Source: Eledone cirrhosa
Taxonomy: Eukaryota
Assembly (NCBI GenBank): GCA_964016885.1
Contig: OZ024741.1
Location: forward strand, 241,676,001-241,740,000
Length of the DNA stretch: 64,000 bases
Direction of reading: 5' to 3'
In this document: piece after piece, positions 35,787-48,119 of the stretch
Numbering within the stretch: position 1 is the stretch's first letter
How the letters are laid out: the number at the start of each line of letters is the position of its first letter
The notes under the pieces: model-generated
Database searches by the model: none
Told to the model about the DNA's origin: nothing
Seen by the model: only the letters and a program-made list of their open reading frames with translations
Made by a program: the position numbers and the translations under genes

Positions 35787-37560
35787 GGTGGTGTTGGTGG
35801 ATTGGTGGTGGTGGCGTTGCTGGTGGTGGTGGTGGTGGTGGTGGTGTTGGTGGTGGTGGTGGTGGTGGTGGTGGTGTTGTTGTTGGTGGTGGTGGTGGTG
35901 GTGGTGGTGTTGGTGGTGGTGGTGTTGTTGTTGGTGGTGTTGGTGGTGGTGGTGTTGGTGGATTGGTGGTGGTGGTGGTGTTGGTGGTGGTGGTGGTGGT
36001 GGTGGTGTTCGTGTTGGTGTTGGTGGTGGTGGTGGTGGTGGTGGTGGTGGTGGTGGTGGTGTTAGTGGTGTTGTTGGTGGTGTGGTTGTTGGTGGTGTTG
36101 TTGTTGGTGGTGGTGTTGGTGGTGGTGGTGTTGGTGGTGTTGTTGTTGGTGGTTTTTGTTGTTGGTGGTGGTGTTGGTGGTGGTGGTGTTGGTGGTGTTG
36201 TTGTTGGTGGTGGTGTTGGTGGTGGTGGTGTTGGTGGTGTTGTTGGTGGTGGTGTTGGTGGTGGTGGTGGTGTTGGTGGTGTTGTTGGTGGTGGTGTTGG
36301 TGGTGGTGTTGTTGTTGGTGGTGATGGTGTTGGTTGTGGTGGTGTTGGTGGTGTTGGTGGTGTTGGTGGTGGTGTTGTTGTTGGTGGTAGTGGTGTTGGT
36401 CGTGGTGGTGGTGGTGGTGTTGGTGTTGGTGTTGGTGGTGTTGGTGGTGGTGATGGTGCTGGTGTTGGTGGTGGTGGTGGTGCTGGTGTTGGTGGTGGTG
36501 GTGGTGGTGGTGTTGCTGGTGGTGGTGATGGTGTTGGTGGTGGTGGTGGTGGCACTGGTGTTGGTGGTGTTGGTGGTGGTGGTGTTTGTCGTGTTGGTGG
36601 TGGTGTTGGTCTTGGTGGTGTTGGTGGTGGTGATGGTGTTGGTGGTGGTGGTGGTGGTGGTGGCGGTGGTGTTGGTGGTGGTGGTGTGGGATGTTGTGGT
36701 GTGGGGTATGGTGTTGTGGTGGTGTGGGATGCTGTGGTGTGGGGTATGGTATTGTGGTGGTATGTGGTGGTGTGGGATGTTGTGGTGTTGGGTATGGTGT
36801 TGTGGTGGTGTGGGGTATGGTATTGTCGTGGTATGTGGTGGTGTGGGATGCTGTGGTGTGGGGTATGGTATTGTGGTGGTATGTGGTGGTGTGGGATGGT
36901 GTTGTGTGGGGTATGGTATTGTGGTAGTATGTGGTGGTGTGGGATGGTGTTGTGTGGGGTATGGTATTGTGGTAGTATGTGGTGGTGTGGGATGTTGTGG
37001 TGTGGGGTATGGTATTGTGGTAGTATGTGGTGGTGTAGGATGGTGTGGCGTGGGGTATGGTATTGTGGTGGTGTGGGGTATGGTATTGTGGTGGTATGTG
37101 GTGGTGTGGGATGTTGTGGTGTGGGGTATGGTATTGTGGTAGTATGTGGTGGTGTAGGATGGTGTGGCGTGGGGTATGGTATTGTGGTGGTGTGGGGTAT
37201 GGTATTGTGGTGGTATGTGGTGGTGTTGGGTATGGTATTGTGGTGGTATGTGGTGGTGTTGGGTATGGTATTGTGGTGGTATGTGGTGGTGTGGGGTATG
37301 GTATTGTGGTGGTATGTGGTGGTGTGGGGTATGGTGTTGTGGTGGTGTGGGGTATGGTATTGTGGTGGTACGTTGTGTTGTGGGATGCTGTGGTGGGGGG
37401 TATGTTATTGTGGGGGTATGTGGTGTTGTGGGATGATGTGGTGGGGGTATGGTGTTGTGGTGGTATGTGGTGGTGTGGGGTATGGTATTGTGGGGTATGG
37501 TATTGTGGTGGTATGTGGTGGTATGGGATGCTGTGGTTGAAGGTATGGTATTGTGGTGGT
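35560..37560. repeat. (GGT/GTT)n microsatellite grading at about 36680 into a GT-rich minisatellite of about 30-47 bp
   Basis: Unit GGTATGGTATTGTGGTGGTATGTGGTGGTGTGGGATGTTGTGGTGTGG and shorter variants. Confidence 0.92.
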
Positions 37561-37628
37561 TCCACCAACACCACCACCAACACAGCATCCCACACCACAA
37601 CATACCACCACAATACCATACCCCACAC

Positions 37629-39898
37629 GGTTTGGATGGCCTGCCCTACGAGCTCTACGTAAATATGCCAAACTTGTTCTCCAAACTCCTCGAAGCACTC
37701 TACTGCAACTGGCAGCAGAATGGGAGTATTTCCAGTTTTGTGAGCAGGGGAGTGGTGACACTGATAAGGAAAGACGAGAACAAGAGGGATACATTAGACA
37801 ACTTCAGGCCCATAACTCTGCTCAACACAGAGTTTAAGATTTTGGCCAAGGTGTTAGCAAAGAGATTGGCGCTTGTCGTCGAGGATTTGGTTAGGGAGGC
37901 GCAAACTTGCACAATCCCAGCCAGGTCCATACACGACAATCTTCACCTCATGCGATACATCATAGAGAGGGTAGGGTGTAAACCTGGCTTCGGTGGGGCA
38001 CTGATCAATTTAGATCAATTGAAAGCATTCGATAGGGTCGACCATCGGTATATGGAGTTTGGCCTCAAAGCAGCTGGCTTCGGCCCTGTCTTTAGAAGCT
38101 GGATCACTGCAATGCACAGCAGCACAAGTTCGGTGGTCAAGGTTAATGGCCACCTCTCGGAACCATTTCGGCTCTCCCAATCGGTCCGTCAAGGGTGCCC
38201 TCTCTCTTACCTTGTGTACGTATTGACTCTCGAGCTTTTACTGCGGAAGCTGGAGCTGTTGCAGGGCATCCCGCTTGAACCAGGACATGGAAAGGCGGTG
38301 TCGGCTTATGCGGACGACATCACCATGATGGTGTCGAACACCTCTGAAATCGAGGTGGTCAGCACCTTATTGAAGGAATATGAAAGGTTGACAGGAGCCA
38401 AACTTAACCCGGAAAAGTTGGTGGGCTTGCAGCTCAGAACCTGGAGAGGCAAGCCCATTACGTCAAACAGCATTGTGGGGCGCTGGACGGACGGACTGGT
38501 AAAGTTGCTCGGGGTTTGGTTCGGACCAGACCTCCAGGTGGGAAAGAATTGGGATGAGGTAACAAGCAGAGTAGCCAGTCTCACCCAAAAATGGGCTGGG
38601 AGGAAGCTATCACTGAAAGGTCGCGCGGAGCTGGCGAATGCGTACATCGCGTCCATCATCTACTACCACCTGACCGTCGTGCCTTGTCCCTGTCTGCACC
38701 TCGTCAGGTTGGTGAGGTGGTCCATCTGCTGCCAGCACCTCTACGCGGAGCGCTGGGCATGCCGTGGCTAATGATGCACAGACATGCGTTGAGGCTGCGA
38801 CATCTCCAGATATTCTGCCTCAACAGTGAACAGGTGTGGTCGCCATTTATCAGACAGACCTTTCCGCAGCTCGTTTCTTTGACTGAGCTGCAGTCCTGGG
38901 TCAAGAAGAGACCGAGACTGGGTGACTGGCACCTGCAATGTTGCCAGGCACTCACTGCCCTCTACCAAGCGGGCAATGCGATCAGTGGAACTTCCACTCT
39001 CGAGTTCTATAGAGAATTAATGGTGGGCAAGTGCGATGACGCACTCGGAGAAGCTTTGGGCCTTGACGAAGTCGAACTGACCAGTCTGTACTGGAGGACT
39101 TTTGAGCCGGGGACGATGGACAATTTCCAGAAATCCCTCACTTGGCAGTGCTACCGGGGGGGGCACTGCCGGTTTGGGATAAACTCTACAGGCATGGAAG
39201 TGCTGTCAGACGGACCTGCCCAAGATGCGCACAGAATGACGAAACCGTTCTGCACGCACTTGTCCAATGTCGAACAGCTACTGTCGCGTGTGGAACGAAT
39301 CCGGCTATCGGTCGAGTCCATAGTGAAGATCAATCCACCACCTTCCTTAGGTCAGGAAGAGCAGGAAATTTTCCTCTGTCTGGTGGCAGTTGCGAAAGAG
39401 GTTATATGGTGGACCAGGTCAAAAGGACTGAAGACAGACACTTTTCTCTTCGGCCAATCCTTCATCAACTTCTTCAAGTTTCACCTGGAAAGGAAGTTGA
39501 GGGTGGAGAGAGAAGTGCTGCTCCCCGGTACATTTGCTAAAAGGTGGGTGAATGTGGCGAGAATGGCTCGTGTGAATGGGCCTACACTGACCATGCGCCT
39601 ATAGGCTAGCTAACTTGAGGAGAGGGGTGCTCTCCCTGGGTGCTCTAGAAGCGCAGGGTAGTTCAGGATTGGTGGGGTACCCGAGTCACCCTAGGGTCAT
39701 CCACCCCTATCGGGTAATTTATTTTGTTATATTTATGCATAGTTTATTTTATATTTTTATATTTTCATTGTTAAATTAGTCTTGCCATTGATCACTTTTA
39801 CTCAACCTTATTGTAAACCCTCACTGTCCCTGTCTTTGTATTGTCCCCTACATGTTGGCCCTTGTGGCTAATAAATGAAATCATTATTATTATTATTA
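37629..39898 (+). mobile_element. 5'-truncated L1/Tx1-clade LINE ORF2 (RT) with 3' UTR and (ATT)n tail; frameshifted
   Basis: GLDGLPYELY, NFRPITLLNTEFKILAK, LDQLKAFDRV, VRQGCPLS, AYADD, LSLKGRA; AATAAA before the tail. Confidence 0.9.
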
Positions 39899-39902
39899 TA
39901 TA

Positions 39903-40096
39903 TATGAGGGTAAGCTGAAAAGTTCATAGGCTAACCAAGCAAGATAGTCTCATGGAAGACTAAATGAGGTTCATTTTTCAACACAGTCCCTGGAAAGAAA
40001 CAATGCAGTTATTGCTAAGAAGAGTTGAAATTAAGGCATATAAGATTAGCATCACTCCTTCATAGTGAACCTATGAACTTTTCAGCTGATCTCATA
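39903..40096. mobile_element. Mariner-derived MITE (about 190 bp)
   Basis: TATGAGGGTAAGCTGAAAAGTTCATAGG / CCTATGAACTTTTCAGCTGATCTCATA in a TA context. Confidence 0.75.
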
Positions 40097-40197
40097 TGTA
40101 TATATGTATATATATATATATATCACGATAAATTAACGGAGCCATAGACTCTCTGCCGCATTAGATTCTCTTAGAGTTGTTTGGAATGTATAGTCTT

Positions 40198-40280
40198 GCA
40201 CGCGCTGATGAACCATAGGCTATTCCATTTCTGTCAACAACTTCCTGGTGAAACAGATCTCTTTGGATTTGTACACGTGT
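40198..40280 (+). ncRNA. Type I hammerhead with a full-length stem III
   Basis: GCACGCG-CTGATGA-ACCA...TGGT-GAAA-CAGATC-TCTTTG-GATTTG-TA-CACGTGT. Stem III has 6 bp plus the A-U pair; stem I pairs at 6 of 7 positions; cleavage predicted after 40273. Confidence 0.7.
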
Positions 40281-40460
40281 GTTATATAGTTATAGAGGTA
40301 CGTATATACATTTTAATTTATATTTTTAATTATTGTGTGTCTACTCTGCCTTCCATAGATTATAGATTCCATACACTGGTGGTTTTCCCTGTTTTATTGA
40401 TGGCTCACCATCACTCTCTAGTGTGTTACCTTTTCAACATATTGTATATATATATATATA

Positions 40461-40510
<50 letters not shown>

Positions 40511-40521
40511 TATATATATAT

Positions 40522-40582
<61 letters not shown>

Positions 40583-40591
<9 letters not shown>

Positions 40592-40720
40592 AGATTCAGG
40601 ACCCCGACATCTGAGCTCCAGCCGTTGGGGGTCTTGAATCTTTTCATATTACCCACTCTACTTTCCCAAGTATCGAGTACTCTGGTGGGTTATAGTCTAG
40701 CTGGTTTTTACCACACCCTA
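40583..40720. mobile_element. Small (TA)n-embedded element family, mostly fold-back (copies at about 43390-43565, 55582-55759, 61545-61683)
   Basis: Shared CACCAGAGTACTC(G/A)ATACT...AGTAGAGTGGGTAATAGG. Inverted duplications at 40583-40649, 43463-43556 and 55657-55759. Confidence 0.75.
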
Positions 40721-40729
40721 TCTGATCAT

Positions 40730-43078
40730 CATAATCATCATCATCATCATCTTCGTTTAACGTCCATTTTCCACACTAGCAAGGGTTAGACGGGCGTTGT
40801 CCCACTTGAGGCAAGGTTGGTCGGGTGACAGTGTCTCGCTCATATAGGACTGTCTGGCAGGTTTTCTACGGCTGGATGCCCTTCCTAACACCAACCACAT
40901 TTACAGTGTGGAACTGGGAACTTTTTACCGTGTTACCTACACGGCCACATTACAGCGTGGCCTGTGTGTTTTATTCTCGTGACACCTACACGATCTCGAT
41001 CTCATTATCTCATTTATTTGGACTGGATGTTGTGGTAGCAACTTTATAGAGAGAGAGTGGTGTTGGTGGGAGTGGGAGGATAGGGTAGGGGTATTGGATT
41101 GGGGTGTATATTTGGTTAAGAGGTGCCTACTGACTAGGTTTCGCTCTGTACATAGGCAAGGCGGGTCTTCTGTATTACTGTGTAGCGCCAAAGATCTTGG
41201 TCCAGGGACATTGTTTTAGAGAGGTACAAGTGTGCAAGGTCAGAATTTATCAGATAATCCCATGTTTTTCTGGGTCTGCCTACTCCGTAACTACCATCAA
41301 TTTTGATCGCCCTGCAGTTTTTTATACAGCTGTCGTCTTTCATGCGCATCACGTGGCCATACCAACGTAGTCTTCTCTCGAGTAAACAGCATCTGATCCC
41401 TCTTATTCCTAATTTCTCACTTAATTCATTTATGCTTTGCCGGTCACGTATATTACTATTACACATCCAACGGAGCATGCATGCTTCGTTCTTTTCCAGT
41501 CTATGCAGGTCCTCTGCACGCAATGCCCATGTCTCACTGCCATGTAGCATTGCTGTTCGTATGCAGGCATCATACAATTTTAGAGAGAAACCTTTTGTGG
41601 CCAACAGTGGTATAAGCTCTCTGAACTTCTTCCATCCCCTTCTGACTCTAGCTACTGTACTTTCAGAGCACCCTCCCCCACTGCTGATTTTGTCACCCAG
41701 GTAACGGAAAGTGTCTACTATTTCTATAGAACCATCTGGGCAATAGAAGGGGCTAGTATACTGTGGACACTTGCTACCTATTGCACCTGAGCATTGGCTA
41801 CATATATAGTCTACGTTCTTAGATAGTTTACCTGTGATCCCACTACATCTTTTATGTACCCATACTTTGCATTTGGGACATAAATTTGAATTTCTGCCTA
41901 CTCCTTTCCTACACACTGAGCAAGGCCATTTCCCTGAGGGTACCTGTGCCTTATTTTCCTTTCTACAAACTAGGACTTTAGTCTTAGACAAGTTAACTTT
42001 AAGGCCTTTTGATTCTAGGCCATGCTTCCATGTTTGGAATTTCTTTTCTAGTTCAGCCATTGATTCAGTTATGAGCGTTAGATCATCTGCGTATAGGAGT
42101 TCCCATGGGCAGCCGGTCTTGAACTCCTCTGTTATAGCCTGAAGGGCAATAATAAATAGGAGGGGGCTAAGGACAGAGCCTTGGTGAACACCAACTTTTA
42201 CACTAAATTCTTCACAATATTCATTGTTAATTCTAACCTTACTGACTGTTTCATTATACATAGCTTATATAGCTCTCACAAGCTATTCATCTACACCTAG
42301 TTTTCTAAAAGCCCACCAGATAATGGAGCGGGGAACTCTTTCAAAGGCTTTTTCCAGGTCTACAAAAGCTAAGTAGAGGGGTTTACTTTTAGCTAGGTAC
42401 TTCTCTTGTAGTTGTCGTACAAGGAAAAGAGCGTCTGTGGTACCTGACACAAACCCAAACTGCATTTCATCTAGATCAATTCACTCTCTGATTAGTTGTG
42501 CTATAACTCTTTCTGTGACCTTCATGACCTGGTCAACTAACTTAATGCCTCTATAGTTTCCTCTATCTAGAGCATCTCCTTTACCCTTGTAGCAGTTAAT
42601 GATGATGCTGCTATGCCAGTCTTTCGGTATGACCCCATTCTGTATTACTTGGTTAACTATACGGGTGACCATAGTGTGTCCCACCATTTCAGATGCCTTC
42701 AACATCTCAGCAACTATCTCCGAAGGCCCAGCTGCCTTGCCTGTCTTCATATCTTTAATTGCCTTACTTATTATACTACCTTTAACTTGCACCGCTGGTC
42801 TTTCTATTGGATCGATTTGGGGCAGACTATCTTTTTCCCACTTATTCTCTTCATTTAATAGTCTCTCGTAGTGAGACTTCCAGGCTATCTTCTTATCAGC
42901 ATCAGTGATGGCAAGTACACCGTTATCATTACGGACACACTTCTCCCCGACAATATCACGGTTTTTCCTTGACACATTGTCTAGCAATCCTGAACACCTC
43001 ACGTTTTTGGTCCTCACGTTGTAGAAGATGCTTGAAATTTCTATCCTCTGCTTCCCTTTTTGCAAGGTACACTTGTCT
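40730..43078 (-). mobile_element. 5'-truncated RTE-clade LINE (same PHD-bearing family), with several frameshifts and stops
   Basis: ORFs 42481-43065, 42283-42465 and 41134-42261 contain NYRGIKL, FVDLEKAF, GVHQGSVLSP, YADD and a C4HC3 finger. Confidence 0.93.
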
Positions 43079-43339
43079 GATATATATATATATTCAAAAT
43101 AGGGAGCACACAGGACAAAGGCAATGGAAAAAACAACAGAAAGACAGACAGTCCATTCTCCTCAGTCAACCTCTGGAAAACACTGTGGTTTCGGTAAATT
43201 AAGGTCAGTACCGATTGATTATATATTTATATATAATCATCATCATCGTTCTTATGTCTGTTTTACCATGGTTGCATGGGTTGGATGGGTCCTCTTCAGC
43301 ACAGCATCTCTCCACTCATTACATTCTGTCATCATTTCC

Positions 43340-43378
<39 letters not shown>

Positions 43379-44774
43379 ATGGAGACGATAAAAACCAGTT
43401 AGACCATTACTCACCAGAGTACTCGATACTTGGGTTAGTAGAGTGGGTAATAGGAAACATTAGTGACCAGGATAACTGAGCTCTGGCCGTTTCAACTGCT
43501 ATAACCAAGTTTGGATCTATCTGTTGAAACAGTCGGAGCTCAGTTATCCTGGTCACAAATTTTTCATATGTATCATCATCATCTTATGTCCACTTTTCCC
43601 TGCTTGCAAGGGTGGGACGGGAACTGATTCTGGCTTGATTTCTACAGCTGGATGCCCTTCCTAACACCAACCTCTTTTACAGTGAGTGCTGGGTGCTTTT
43701 TTCCCGTGGCACCTCCACGTCCACTTCACAGTGGAATGATAGGGAACCCAGTCCCTATCATCTCATTTCTACAGCTGAGTAAACTGGAGCAATGTGAAAT
43801 AAAGTGTCTTGCTCAAGGAAACAACACATCACCCGGTCTGAGAATTGAACTCACAACCTTTCCATTGCAAGGCCAATGCTCTAACCACTAAGCCATGTGT
43901 CTCCATATATACATATATCGGTATATATATAAAGTGGGTAACTGAGACTGCGGCAATGTATATTGCTTGTCGTACTTTTTAATATATATACATATGTATG
44001 TGTGTGTATGTGTGACTGTGACTGTGTGTGTGTGTGTGAGTGAGTGTGTGCATGTATACATTTGCGTAATTAAAAAAAATACTTGTGAAAGAAGAGCGAT
44101 TGTAATATATAGGAAACCAGTTCTATTCTTACTGAAGATACTGAGTCATTAAACTGTCATCTCGTCACTCTAAATGTATATTGGGGGGTGAGGATGAAGG
44201 GTGAAGTTGGGGTGGGTTGAGGGGTGGGTGTGTGGCAGTTAGAAAGAAATATTGATATTACTGTCATTTTGTAAACAAAGACTATGTCTTTTCTTGCACA
44301 TTTGTACATGTATCTTTGAGAACACATATCATTTCAATTATCAATTGTGTGCGTGTGTGTATGTGTGTGAAGGCATGTGGCTTAGTGGTTAAAGTGTTCG
44401 GCTCATGATTTATAATGTTGTGGGTCCGATTTCCAGACAAGGTGGCACATTTTGCCCTTGAATATGACACTTTATTTCACATACCCCCAGTTCACTCAAC
44501 TGGAAAAAGTGTTGTATCTGTAATTCAAGGTACCAGCCTGGTCACACAGTCAGTCTTCTTTCAAAGGTGAAACATTTTGCATTTTTCTAATGGCTAGTAT
44601 ATATGACTCTCAACACACCTGCATACTCCTAGATTTCTCCACTAACTGAAACAGTTGTGCCAACCCATTGTTAAATTAATAGTCAATCATCTACAAAGCC
44701 ACTAGTGTTCACAATGCCAAGGTCATCTAATTAAACTGATGATCATCACATGAGCTTCAGCTTATGAGACAGAC

Positions 44775-45320
44775 AGGATTTTTATCAAGACTTAATCCTC
44801 TAGATCAGACCTATTCTCCTACACTATCTTACGAAGGAGAGGCGGTTTTCCTTTGTGTGATAGCTATGGCGAAAGAGGTTGTATGGTGGATGAGGTTAAA
44901 AGGGCTGAGGTCAGACACCTTTCTCTCCAGCCAACAAATGATTCTTTTTTTCAAATACCACTTTGGAAGAAGAATCAGGATGGAGAGAGAGGTGCTGTAC
45001 CCCAGAAAGTTTTATGAAAGGTGGGTGAAAGTGGTGAGAATGGGCCAAGTGATTGGGCCTTCTCTCTATATCAGCCTGTAGGTTGAGGAAAAAGAGGAAG
45101 AGAGGAAAGGGGTACAAACTCTTCGTACTCCTGGAGATGAGGGTTGCATATTTTTTCGGGGGTATGTGTTACCCATATGAAATGTCTCCCCCTATTGGGG
45201 AAAATCGATTAATTTTTAAATTGCATTTGTGATAGTATTTTGCACGTTTTTATTGTATGTAAACTTCCCCCTTTGTATTTGTCCCCTTCTTTTGTGCCCC
45301 TGTGGCTAATAAAGAAACAT
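44775..45320 (+). mobile_element. Tx1/L1 3'-end fragment related to 39300-39898
   Basis: FLCVIAMAKEVVWW...RMEREVLYP...RWVKV matches FLCLVAVAKEVIWW...RVEREVLLP...RWVNV, with the same TGTGGCTAATAAA end. Confidence 0.8.
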
Positions 45321-46023
45321 ATCTTATGATAGCCATATCAGATGCACTCCATGTAGGATATGGCTTTTCACCACATAGGTCAGTCTTTGAAATGAGAGAG
45401 GTTAGGTGCTCAGCTTGAATGAGCAGATATTGCTTGTCATCAGTTCACCAAGTGACATGTTGAACAAACACTGGGTCTCATGGAGATGCCACAAAAGACC
45501 ATCCAGTGCCAACCAGTGAAATCTACTACAGCCCTGCACACTCTGGATCACATAGAGGAAGGCAACTTAATCTATACTCTTATGATTCAACCAGGAGAAT
45601 GTAAGGCAAAGTTGTCCTTGAAGGGATTTGAACTCAAAATGTAAAGAGCTAGAATACAGCAGAATACAAGGAACCAAAACCTGCTTGATCAGGTCTGGCC
45701 TAGGGCTAAACATCATCTTCAGCATTAACATCATCATCATCATCATCACCACTACCACCACCATCATCATCATGACCTCCCCCACTGCCACCATCAACAG
45801 AACCATTATCTTCATCATCACCCTCATTACCACCACCATTGTCACGACCATCATCATCATCATCATCATCATCATCATTATCATCATGACCTTCACCCCA
45901 GCCATCATCACCATCACCACCATGACTGTCACCACCATCTTCACCACCAACACGATCATTATCATCATCATCGTAACTATCATCCTCATCATCATTATCA
46001 TTATCATTATCATTATCAACATT

Positions 46024-46054
<31 letters not shown>

Positions 46055-46088
46055 AGAGTTTAGTGAAATGTATGAGTATGGTTATCAC

Positions 46089-46130
46089 CTTGCTTGCCAC
46101 TGCACCACCACCACCACCACCACCACCACC

Positions 46131-46161
<31 letters not shown>

Positions 46162-46358
46162 CCGACACCACCACCACCACCACTGCCACCACCTCCTCCT
46201 CCACCTTCACTCTGCCATCCTTCACCCCACTCATGTTCATTGGGCCGCTGTGTCTGTGTCTGAGTATGTAGTGTAGTATCATGGAGGTAGTTTGAGAGTG
46301 TGGTTGTGTTTGGTTGGTTGACCTCGCCAGAGGTCACTGCTATCGGTTGATGGTACAT
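46089..46358 (-). CDS. Candidate protocadherin cytoplasmic exon (MYHQPIAVTSGEVNQ...poly-Gly...AVASK)
   Basis: Acceptor TTTTCTGTCTTGATCTCTAG|ATG in phase 0, matching the phase-0 donor at 63305. 270 nt open. Donor AAG|GTGATA is moderate. Confidence 0.5.
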
Positions 46359-46864
46359 CTAGAGATCAAGACAGAAAATATATATATTTATATATAATTT
46401 AATACATTAACAGAGAAAGCTTTAAGCAATACTCCGACCGGCTTCCGTCTCACTCAACAAACCTTAGGATATACCTTAGTATAATCCCAGTTATACGTTT
46501 GGGGTGCTAACTATACGTATTTTGCGGATAGCCAGTTGTATTATTTTATATGAGACATAATTAAAATATATATACTACTGAACTCACAGATTACACATTT
46601 AACCTCGTTATACAAACACACAGACAGACATATACACATTACATTACAACACATGCACAAAAATGCACACAAACAGCTATGTGTCTGCTAGACTCTGCTA
46701 TATATATATATACACACACACAGACATGTATGTATATTTTTGGGACCCTTTAGATATATAACTGTTTCTACTTTAGGCACAAGGCCAGCAATTACCCAGT
46801 GCATTACTGGTACTTTATTTTATCTATCAACCCCGTAAGGATGAAAGGCAAAGAACTGTTAAAA

Positions 46865-47745
46865 ATAATGATGGTGGTGGTAGTGGTGGTGAGGGTGAGG
46901 ATAATGGTGATGATGATGATGATGATGATGATGATGGTGATGATGATGGTGATAACAATGACGATAGTCAAGATGATGATGACGATGGCAATGATAATGA
47001 TGATGGTAATGATACTGCTGCTGCTGATGATTTATGATGATGATGATGGTGGTGGTGGTGGTGGTGGTGATGATAATGATAATGGTGGTGGTGGTGGTGA
47101 CAACTATGATTTCGATTATGGTGACAATGGTGGGGATGGGGATGGGGATGGGGAGAGGTGTATGGTGACGCTGATGGTGTTGCTAAGATGGCGATGATGA
47201 TAACAATGAGGAAGAAGATGAAGTGAATAACAATGGTGGTGGGGGGGGGGGGGTAAGGATGATGATGGTGATAATGATGAGGAGGAGAAGGAGGAGGTTG
47301 GTATTGATGATGGTGGTGGAGGTGGTGGTGGTGGTGGTGGTGGGGGTAAGGATGATGATGGTCATGATGATGAGGAGGAGGAGGAGAAAGAGGAGGATGG
47401 TATTGATGATGGTGGAGGTGGTGGTGGTGGTGATGGTCGAGGTGGTGGAGGTGGTGGTGGTGGTGGTAGTGGTGGCGGTGGTGGTGGTGGTAGAGGTGGT
47501 GGTGGTGGTAGAGGTGGTGGTAGTGGTAGTGATGGTGGTAGTGGTGGTGGTGGTGGTGGTGGTAGTGATGGTGGTGGTGGTGGTGGTGGTGGTGGTGGTG
47601 GTGGTGGTGGTGGTGGTGGAGGTGGAGGTGGTGGAGGTGGTGGAGGTGGTTGTGGTGGTAGTGGTGGTGGTGGTGGTGGTGGTGGAGGTGATGATGGAGG
47701 TGGTGGTGGTGGTAGTGATGGTGGTGTTGATGATGATGACAATGG
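46865..47745. repeat. (GAT/GGT)n complex microsatellite; complementary (CAT/CAC)n tract at 45710-46052
   Basis: Read directly. Confidence 0.9.
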
Positions 47746-48119
47746 TGTTTAATCTTAGCTTCTAGCCTGGTATTTAACCTCACTGTCTCCTGCCTATGAA
47801 GATATTAAAATATATGTTTTGTGTGAGGAGTGTGTTTTCCCTAATGTAGGTGTGTTTATATGAATTTAAGAATATTCACTTTCATGTGGGTGTCTTAATC
47901 TTAATATGGGTGTTTTGAACTTGATATGGGTGTTTTAATATTGATGTGGGTGTGTATATTTCAATGCAAGTGTATTTACATTCATGTAGCTGTGTTTATA
48001 CTGAAGTATATATATATATATATATTTTATTCAGATGCATTTACAGTGATGTGGGACTGTTTAGTTTCATGTGGGTTATATACATTGATATGAGTATGTT
48101 GGCATTGTTATGTGTGTGT

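Noticed and set aside
35476-37628. Multiple 300-700-aa His/Pro/Thr/Gly/Val-rich ORFs
   Set aside because: Open in most frames because of GGT/GT-rich simple repeats.
45405-45450. Minus-strand CTGATGA followed by a hairpin
   Set aside because: No GAAA after the hairpin.
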